Source: Chara braunii
Taxonomy: Eukaryota; Plantae; Charophyceae
Assembly: GCA_003427395.1 (NCBI GenBank)
Contig: BFEA01000004.1
Span: 2,229,738 to 2,293,737, forward strand
Length of the DNA stretch: 64,000 bases
Reading direction: 5' to 3'
In this document: positions 40,501 through 50,891 of the stretch, one piece after another
Layout of the letters: each line of letters starts with the position of its first letter
How positions within the stretch are numbered: the stretch's first letter is position 1
Position numbers and translations under genes: made by a program
The notes under the pieces: generated by a model
The model's database searches: none
Seen by the model: only the letters and a program-made list of their open reading frames with translations
Told to the model about the DNA's origin: nothing

Positions 40501-43500
40501 GGTACAGGAAATTCCCCCTCCTCCCCCTCACCCACATGTCAGACACAACGGTGGACTTTTCTGGTAGGTCGACAGGAATGGCCAGTCAGATATCAGTTGA
40601 TAGTCAAGGAACTGAGCACTGCGTTGGCGGTTGGGATGCAAACACCTTCAAGACTGACAATCAAGGAACTAGGACTGCACTGGTGGTCGGAACGCAAGCG
40701 CCTTGAGAACTGAACCCCTACTCCTGGGTTGGTCGATCTCCATGGCTAAACAATCCTTTATTCATCTGCTCCACTTCAGGAGAAGCATGGGGGTGACAAT
40801 ACTGGGAAGTGATGTAAAGATGATTCCTATATCGAGAGTTCTTACACATTGTAGCAACACACGTTGTAGACTATGACAATACTGGGAAGGGAAGTAAAGA
40901 CGAGTCCTGTCTTTTGAGTTATCACGCATTGTAAACTCCTATATTTAGAGTTACCACGCATTGTAGACTACTATATTTAGAGTTATCACGCATTGTAGAC
41001 TATGTACCATTGTAGACTATGTACCAGGAGCACTCAGCTAGCAACACGCGTTGTAGACCATGTACCGGGCGCAATCAGCCAGCAACACACATTGTAGACT
41101 ATGTACCAGGAGCACTCAGCCACGAACATTAGACTAAGTTCTCTGCACAGATCCACCAGATTCCCTCAGAGATGGTAGCCAGCCAGTATTCTATGGATGC
41201 AACCTCAGTAGTATGGCTACCTCCCCAAGGAATGCAACTCCCCTTCTCCTACTTGCACTCTGCAGATGGTTGTGGGAGACAACCACCCACGTTTGGGTCC
41301 ATTGCCTGTTTTCCAGACTAATCTGGTCTTGGTGGAGTGCGCACTGGATCAACAGGATCGACTTCACTAGAACTGTTTCGAAATCGTCAGATAGGTAGAT
41401 CTTGACCAGACTTGTGCTTGCCAACCTCTCCTTGGAAGCATCGCCGCTGCAGACAAGTTATTTCGGATGCTGTGGTCCTCCAGGATGGGCAAATTGGTGC
41501 GGCCAACCACCTCCAAAATATTACATCAAAACTCATACTCACACTAAGACTTTTCCCACTTCTCTGCGGATTTAATTGTGGTCCGATTTAGCCAGGCCAC
41601 GTCGGGCATACTCACACTAAGACTTTCCGCACATCTCTGTGGACTTGACTACGGTCAGATTCGGCCAGGCCAGGTCGGAAAAGATCTGTCGATTTTTAGA
41701 TAGTCCACAGACTATTTTCTTGTCTTGTTAGGGCCCTGGCATTGTGCAGTCCACAGACTAGTTTCTTGTCTTAGGGCCTTGGCATTGTGCAGTTGTGGGC
41801 CCAACATTCGAGCGAGGGGGCTGGGGCATGGTAAAAACAGTTACTACTTAATCTGCTGGTATGCTCTAAGTTCTGTGCTCATCAAGGGGCCTTTGCCCTT
41901 GGAGCCGAAGCTGGGTAGGGCCCCCCCTAACGGGGTAATGGTTCTAACCCCAGTAATTCAATTTGGATGCCGGTCCCAGTTCCAGTAACTGGATACTGGT
42001 CCCAAGAACTCTCCGAGCTGTTTTTTGAGGGGGGCTTAGCAACCCACATATCGCTAACTTACCGAAGTGGAAAGCCAGCCAAAAAAAGACAAATCTCTCG
42101 CATAGCGCCCCAGCAATCTGTCTCTGTCTCGGGAGAAGAGGCTCGGAGGACCATGTCTCCGGAGAAGAGGCTCGGAGGACCATGTCTCCGTCTGTGCTAG
42201 TCACCCTTCATTCATTCCACACAGGCCAAGTTAATCTTCTCTGTTTCGTTCCAGTTCTTTTTCCTTTTTTTCCTTTGCTTTTCTTTTTTGTCCCGTTCCA
42301 GTTCCAAATATGTCCCGAAGGGCCAAAAAGGTGTTGGGGCTTGCACTACCCTTACGCACAGACATGCTACACCTTTTGATCAACGAACAGACAGATAACC
42401 AGTTGGAATCCTGGGGCCGTGCTCCACTTCGGGAGGTTCAGCTCTCGTTTCGAGCATTCAGGGGTCCCTGCCATCCGATCTCAAATTCTCACGGCCACAG
42501 TGTGACCACGTTGGGAAAAACTCGAAGTCAGAAATAAACTTCCCCAAGTGGGATAGTCGATTCAACAAGTCAGGCACATTTCCCCCTTCAGGAAAAAAAG
42601 GAATAGATAATCTGCATTCGACTGGGGCCCATGACCCACTAGCGTAGCTGGGAAATAGATCAGTTTTTCGATTAGTTCCCGACGAGGTGACGGACAAGGA
42701 AGAGAAAAAAAAAAAAAAAAAAAAAAAGAACACAACGTACCCAAACCCACCAGTGCACCTAACAAAAGAGGAGATATTTTATTGGAGGGCCCAGTGCCCA
42801 AGGCTTACATAAAGTCCACATTCCTGGGACGCCGCAAGGTATTTTCACAGTCAGTGCGTCCGCGACCACGTCGTGAACTAATCGAAAAACTGATCTATCT
42901 CCCTGCTACTGTCACACTGCGGCCGCGATAATTTGAAAATCGGATGGCAGCGACCCCTGAATACTCGAAACGAGAGCTGAACCTCCCGAAGTGGAGCACG
43001 GCCCCAGGATTCCAACTGGTGATCTCTCTGTTCGTTGATCAAAAGGTGTAGTATGTCTGTGTGCCGCACCGGGCACACAGTAGGACTGTTCCCGACTCAC
43101 TGTGCGGTCAGGTGCATCAAGGCCTGGCCGTGAAAGAAGTCAGAAACATGCAGAAAAGTCGTCGTCTGGGAATGGCCTCACTCATGCAATTGGCGTAAGG
43201 CGCCTATAACAAATACCCTGTAAGCCGGGCCGATGACAATGAATCTGGACGTCAACAGGCCCGAGTGCAAATCAGGCACCGCGTTGCCTACGCGGCTGGC
43301 ATCTACAGACTTGAATGCTGCCCTCTCCAAATGTTAACCTCAAAGAAAAAAGAAACAAAAGTAAAAATCTGAACTCCACAGGAGTCGGATGGGGTGTGTT
43401 TAGCCATACAACATTACGAAGCTGTAAGTACTACTCTTGGAAAGAAAAAAAATGAATGCGATCAAATCTGGCCCCAATTCTCTTTCCTTTCTCTTTTTTT

Positions 43501-44391
43501 TTCCGTTTGAAAGGCCGATGGCCTTCGGATGCCATTATTGAACTGACCCACGCCAGGTAGTTCACCGAACTTAGCGAATATAGTTCAACAAACACGTGAA
43601 GTTCATGAATTGTTGAAATACAGATCCGGGTTCATCGGCGTCCATCTGGATTCGAACTCGGATCTGTATTTCAACAGTTCATGGTTGTACCAACTGAGAT
43701 AGGGGGCATCGCTGCACTACTCTCGACATGCACAAAAGACAAAAATCATGGGAGCGTATCTCGCCATGTTTCTAGCGAAGATTCACTCTCGTTTTGCACA
43801 TTTCGAGAGTAGTGCAGCGAGGCCCAGGGTCTCGCTCCACATCTCTCCAGAATCCGTCTACAGCTCTGACGGTCTATTCCTTTTTTCTTTTTTGTCATCC
43901 ACTCGCCTTCTGTGTTGTGGTACAAGTGGTTGCAAACGTGCGATCGACTTTCAAACCCGCGACACGTGTCCTTTTCATATTCTGTAGGCTTTTTTCTTTT
44001 TTTTTTAATTCTGTAGGCTAATCTCCACTGTTGTCACAGTTTTTTTTGTGTTTTTTTTTTTTGGCCACAGTTTTGGCTGTCTAGAAACAACATACGTCCA
44101 ACCCGTGAAGGGAGCTCCGCTGCACTCATTCTAAATGTATGTGGAGCTAGTAATGCTCCCAGTGTATTCAAAATGTTCTGAATGCGTCTGGTCCACATCC
44201 TAATCCAGATACCTGTCGAATGTGAAGTACCGGAGCGAGACCACATGTTTGCGGAATTTTACTTCTCTTTGGGAATTAGCCCCTACTGGATCCATGTGAG
44301 TATAACATTCAACCACGAGGCTGGTGGGTTCTGAGCCACAATACCAGCCTCACCGCTCCCCCCCCCCCCNCTCCGCCACAATACCAGCCTC

Positions 44392-44465
<74 letters not shown>

Positions 44466-44481
44466 CCACAATACCAGCCTC

Positions 44482-44562
<81 letters not shown>

Positions 44563-47500
44563 CCTGTGCATCTCGGCCCTTTCTTTTGCAATCTCCTCTC
44601 TTCTCTGGGCATCTGGACGTGATTGCAGTCATACTAATCCAAGTGTGGCAACCACTGGAGTGAGATGCATTTCGGAAAGTGCTAGTGTTAGTGTGGCCTC
44701 TACTGTATGTTCCCTCTGGTCATCCCCCCACCCCAAACTCCAACAACCCCCCAAACTCCACCCTCTTTTCCTCCCTGTGTATGTTCTTATGTTACGATCG
44801 TGGCGTGAAGCAGCGCCTGCTTCCATGAAGCAGTGCTCCGGCAACACATGGCGAAATCGCCGATTTCGCCGGCTTCCACAGACTGCACGATGACTCACTG
44901 AATGATAACCAGTGCTGAAGGCGCCTAAGTGGAATGGATGTAACTGAGGGCATACGACACCGGGACTTTTTCAACCGAATATGGTCATAACTACGGAATA
45001 TCCAGATTCATTCGCGAAAATACACGTGTGAATATGCCCTGACCGAGTGTGGAAGAATACGCACGGTGATCATCATCATCCTGTAGGCGGGCATACTCGC
45101 ACTGAGACTTTTTCGACAAAGCTCTGGACGTGAGGGCCGTCGGATTCATCCAGGACTGGCCGTAATTGCAGTTACATGCATTCTGGAAAGTGCTAGTGTG
45201 ACTATGCCGCCGTGAAGCGAGACGCGATCGTCATCCGCTAATTCCGTCTTATAGCCGTGAAAGGACGGTGAAACAAGCGATTGGAAAAAAAACAAAACAA
45301 AAAAAAAAAAGGGTGATGCACAAGCACCGCTGCTAGAGCCGCACATTTATAACAGTACATTGTGCTGGGGGGCGCGCATTCGCTGGGGCGAGTATCGATA
45401 TGTTTGTTTGTTCGGATAAGTGTGTTTGTCAGGAGATTGGCGGGAGGGCACCGCTGCAAGCGCGTGCTTCTTCTTGTGCGCGTGTGCGCGCATGCGCATT
45501 TACGTGTTCCAGCATGCGCCTGCGTGCGGGCGGGTAGTTCGCGTCACTGAGATGCATGGCAGCAAGCGCCACGCATTAGTGCCATTTGGGACGGCCCGGT
45601 GAGGAGGCGTGAAAAACACAAGGGTCTTGAAACGCCCAACCCCCTTGCCGTCTTTGCGACTATATTCATGTGGCATCCAAGCGTCGGTCAGCTTGCTAGG
45701 GATACTCTCCTCAAAACATCCGTTTTTTCTTTTCTTTTTTCCTTTTTACAATCGACTCTGTCTCGTTCCAATTTTAATGGATGCCCGAAAGACAACAACA
45801 CCATGTCCTTTTTGTTTCACCTCTAATTCACAGAATGAACGAAGTCTGCAAACCTTTCTGCCTCGCGCATCTTATAGCTGGCACACGGGATGCCATCACG
45901 CGTAGCCGGGCCCTTGCTACCGGTAATTGTCAGTATCTATACTATTAATAGTATAGTCCCTTCGGTTGTGACTCAACCAGACACCGACCACACTCCGCGC
46001 CATCTTCTTATCCAGTTCCAGTTGTTCACCAAGTTGAACCTGGTTTGCCAGTTGGGACCCCGCGCCTATAATCATAGATTCTCAATTAGTAGAAACCGTC
46101 CAGAGCTGAATTGCGTAGAGGGAACTCTGACGCTCTGGCTGTACTTCCCATACCCCAAAAAACTCCTCTCCTCTACCCTGCTCAGTGCTCTGCTCCCTGC
46201 TCTGCTCTCTGCCGTGCTCTGTTCTTCTCTCCGCGATGCTCTTAACTCTGCTGTCTGCTCTCTGCTCTCTCTGCTTTCTGCTCTGTTGTCTGCTCTCTGC
46301 TCTCTGTTCTATTCTCTGCTCTGCTTTCTCTGCTGTCTGCTCTGATGTCTGCTCTCTGCTCTGCTCCCTGCTCTCTCTGCTGTGTGCCCTGCTCTCTGCT
46401 CTCTGCTCTGCTCTCTGCTCTCTGCTCTGCTCTCTGCTCTCTGCTTTCTGCTCTGCTGTCTACTCCTCCACTCTGCTCCATTGGGAAGGCTGTTTCAAGT
46501 CCCCTCCTGCGAGAGCATCACACGCATACACCGAGAAATCGAACTTCCCGACCATTCACAAGTGCGCACCTCTACCAACACTTACACGAAATCCCGCTAC
46601 TACTCCACACACGCTGCGGCGTATTCTCCCTACCATGATCGTTTTCCCACTAACGGATCGCATATTTAGATTTCCTTTCAATTTAGTGTACTGTGAATTA
46701 ACTCCTGGAGGACACAAAGGTTGACAAAACTGACTAAGGTGACGAATGTAGGAAGTCAAGCAACAATCGACGTCCTTTTTTTTTCTTTTTTTCTTTTTTA
46801 AATTCTGTTCGACGACACAAAAGCGCCAAATCAGACTAAATGGCGGACGATCCCACACAGCAAGCAGTTCATGTACCGCTGACCGTGGTTCGACATCATT
46901 GTATCTTTTTGGCGAAACTTTCAAGGCTACTTTCGTCATTTGAAGCAAGAAGCGAATCTGTTGTTTCGGAATTAGTTCTCAAGAGGCTCTGCTGTCAGAG
47001 TTCTTGACATGAAGCAGGATTAAAAAAAAGAAGAAGAAGAAGAAGAAGAAGAAAAAAAAAAACGATAAGCCGCACGTCGTGCAGGCCGGTGATGTGACGT
47101 GAATACCCACAAGAAGGAACGGGGACATACATTATAACTCATAGAAAGAGCGCGTACACAAAAATTATATTTACATGCGATATTATAAACAAAGCGCCAC
47201 TTTATCCGGCTTCTCTGGCACGCCTGAGTTCTGGCCACCGACGATAGAGAAGGCCAAAGAAAGGGAACCGTGCATCAACGCACAAAACGGAGCGCCTCAG
47301 TGTGCAGAGTGCCCACCCGGGGGGTTGCGCCTTTCCGTTGTAGGAGGCTACCTACCACGAAGCGACCGGCGGGCGTCTAGGGACCATCGATTGTGTCAAT
47401 CCATGGTCCTTAGGCGCCCGCCATTCTCTTCGTGGTAGCCTCCAACGACGAAAACGTGCAGGTGGGACCGAGCCCCGGGGGGCAGCGTTACGGTTAGTCA

Positions 47501-49749
47501 AGCGAAGAGCGAAATCAGGCAGGCTGTGCTCACCCTCGCAGAAGCTGTGCCAGGCCTGCCCACCCTCGGAGGACCTGCTGTTATAGCTCCGGGATAGGCT
47601 CGGGAACCGGCATGGAAGGTCAGCCGTCCTGCAGGGATCCTTCGGGACATCTGTTAAAATTGGAACGATACAGAGATACACACTTGCAATATTGGCCCCT
47701 GCGCAAGGATGACACGCATAAATCGAGAAATCCTGCAGGGACATCCGTTAATATTGGCACAATACAGAGAAGGAAGATTAGCATGGCCCCTGCGCTTTCA
47801 AGGATGACACGCATAAATCGAGAAATGGTCCATTTTTTTCAGAAAAAGAGAGGGGGCGGGGCAGGGGGAAGGGGGGGGGGGGGGGGGGGGGGGGGGGGGA
47901 ATCCTGCAGGTTACCAACTGGCGTAGCTCAGTTGAAATACACCCTTGAACTGGTGAAATACAGACCCGAGTTCCAACTCCACTGGAAACAAACGAGTAAA
48001 ATAGAACAACAATTCTGAATTACCTACGGCCGATCAGTTCGATGACCTTATTCCAAGGTCGTCGACCTTTAAAAAAAAAGTTACTGCAGGCCTGCTCCCA
48101 TGGGCAGGACCTGTGCCCAGCCTGCTCATCCTCGGAGGACCCGCCGTTCTAGCCACGGGATAGGCTCGGGAACGGGCATGGAACGGTCAACCGAGACGCA
48201 GCGTTGCGGTCGGTCAAGCGAAGGGGAAATGTTGCAGGCCACAGCAGTCATCAACGGGGAAAAAATAAAAATAAAAAATCAAATATGCAGGGTCTGCTCA
48301 TCCATCCACGCAGGACCTGAGCCAGGAATGCTCAACCTCGGAAAGACCTGCTGCGGATGTAGCCTCGGGATACCTCAGGTGGTCCCCACCCACCGACTGT
48401 TGCAATGCAGACCCAAGTTTAAATCCAGATACAAACAGATGACCACAATAAAATCATTCTGAATTACCTGGGGTCGGTCAGTTCAATGATAATATTGTGT
48501 CATCCTTGCGCAGGGGCCATGCTAATCTTCATTCTCTGTATCGTTCCAATTTTAACGGATGTCCCGAAGGACAATGATAATATTTCAAGGCCGTTACCCA
48601 TTTTATTTTAAACAAAAAGGAAAAAGACGAAAAAGGAGGAATTCAGAAGAAAAAAAAAACGAAGAAAAGAGGAAAACTTAGCGTTGACGGCGAAAGGCCG
48701 GTCACGGGAGGAATCAATTCTCATCAATGCCGCCGCATTTTGGAAAGCCTCTCTCTCGATCACACACGTCGTTAAGGCTTGGAGGATGGACAGCGAGCTT
48801 GTTAACTGACCTGCTCCACCACGACAGGGTCAGAGGGGGTCAGCCATTCACCAGCGCTGGTGCGCCGCAGACAGCAGAGTCTCAAAAAAAACAAATACAA
48901 GAACGCGCGCGGTCGACAGCAGAAATTCACAAAAAAAAAGAGCTAACACGCATATCCATGAAAATGGGAATAATTCCTACTAAAAAGTTTGACGTCTACT
49001 GTCATCCCTCGTATACAACGCAGTCATCATGAATGGATACCCGCTAGTCTTTGGGTCAAATACAATCATGACAAGCGGCGACCGTTGCGTTCGAGGGAGA
49101 CGGCAGCCTCAGTATTGACTACCCCGCATAAGCATACATCCCGCTGTTCTGTTTCCTTCCTCCCTGAGCTACTCTTTCTCAATCCTCGGGTCGTAGCGGA
49201 GGATAAGTACGACTGGAAGAATGTCCACTGCAGTTTCTTGACGAGAAGTTGAAGCGAAGAGGACAAATACGACTTAGTCAAGTAGTCGATAATGGGCCAT
49301 GATGGCAAAGCTCGTGACATCTACTTCGATATTATTACTAGTCTTCCCCCTAATACAACGCACGGTCATTATAGCTGAATGCAGACTGAAAGATACACCA
49401 AATTCAGCTATAATGACCGTACGTTGTATTCGGGGGAAGACTGTAGTATGTGTTCAATCATTCATGAATGGGAACGAGCGGGAAGAGAGAGCAACAGGGA
49501 GGCGGCGACTACGACCTGCCTCCTTCCAGCGTTTGTGCAATCCGCCGGCCACAATCCCTTCAACAGCCCGCGTGACTACGACCTGTCTCCTTCCAGCGCA
49601 CCACCAGTCCTGTGTTGTTTTCTTTTCCTTGCGATTCCGGGGGGGGGAGGAGAGAAGAGGCAGCGCCGCAAAAAAACAGGGGGCGCGGGGAATTAGGACG
49701 GGGGAGGGCGGCGCTGGCCGACGTGGGTGGGGAGGGAGACGGGAGCGAA

Positions 49750-49842
<93 letters not shown>

Positions 49843-50845
49843 CGTTGACATTGTGAGCATGCCAGGCTGGGGATTCCGAACGACTTGGACTTGGAGCACT
49901 GTGCAAGAGGGCAGAGATAGAGGAGGGGAGGGGAGAGAGAGAGGGAGAGGGAGAGGGAGATAAGAGAGCGAGAGAGAGAGAGAGAGAGAGTGTGAAAGGA
50001 GGTTATCATTATGGGCATGCCAGGCTGGGGATTCAGAACGACTTGGACTTGGAGAACTGTGCACTTCCTCCTATGCGACTCCGGACACTGGTGCGGGCGA
50101 GCTCCCATTCATCCATCCCTCATGCTACATAAAGTAGATTTAGGAGCTGTAATAAACTTCAGATCCATAGCATGGATTGCTTTTCCTCTTTGTTTAGAAG
50201 AACCACCGGTTTTCAAGTGGTACCCCCGGGCCGCATTCCATTGACATCACCAAGATCGGTGATCGCCTTGCGATCTGGCGCGTCTGTATTGCCCCTACAT
50301 TCATGGTCCTGATGTCCATGCTTTCATGCTTGCCTGCGTAAAACCTGCGTTCCGCGATGCTCTCTCAGTCCGTCTTCTGCTCACGCGCAAGAGAGAGAGA
50401 GAGAGAGAGAGAGAGAAGGGGAGAGAGAGAGAGAAACACAGAGAGAGAGAGACGAGACGCTCTCCCTCAAGGTGTCCCTCTCTTGCGCGTCCTTTCTAAT
50501 ATCCTTCTGTTCTTTCACCTCTTTCTTTTGCCTATTTTCTTGCGAACAAAGCCGCAACAACAACCCTCTGCCATGCTAGAGGACACGGGGGGACCGATGC
50601 TGCCAGAGGGTAGATCCACCCTCCAATATTGCGGCCATCTTCCCTTTTTCCCCCCCTCGGCAACTTCCCACCCTTCTGCCATGCCAGAACATTTTTCCTC
50701 TCTGATTGCATTCTGGCTTATAGGCTTTCGTCATTAGTTTTAAGTAAGAAAATACCTTCCTATAGGCGTATGCATGTCTGTGTGACTCCTGCTATGCAAG
50801 TCAATGGCATGCGAGGGTCTCCCATATACAGCACCGAGCAACGGT

Positions 50846-50891
<46 letters not shown>

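Noticed and set aside
41360-41400. Minimal hammerhead-like CTGACGA-TTTC-GAAAC on the minus strand
   Set aside because: No stem I or stem III partner sequences found.
47636-47839. Functional U6 genes
   Set aside because: Indels in the catalytic region, truncations, flanking direct repeats and no recognisable USE/TATA promoter.
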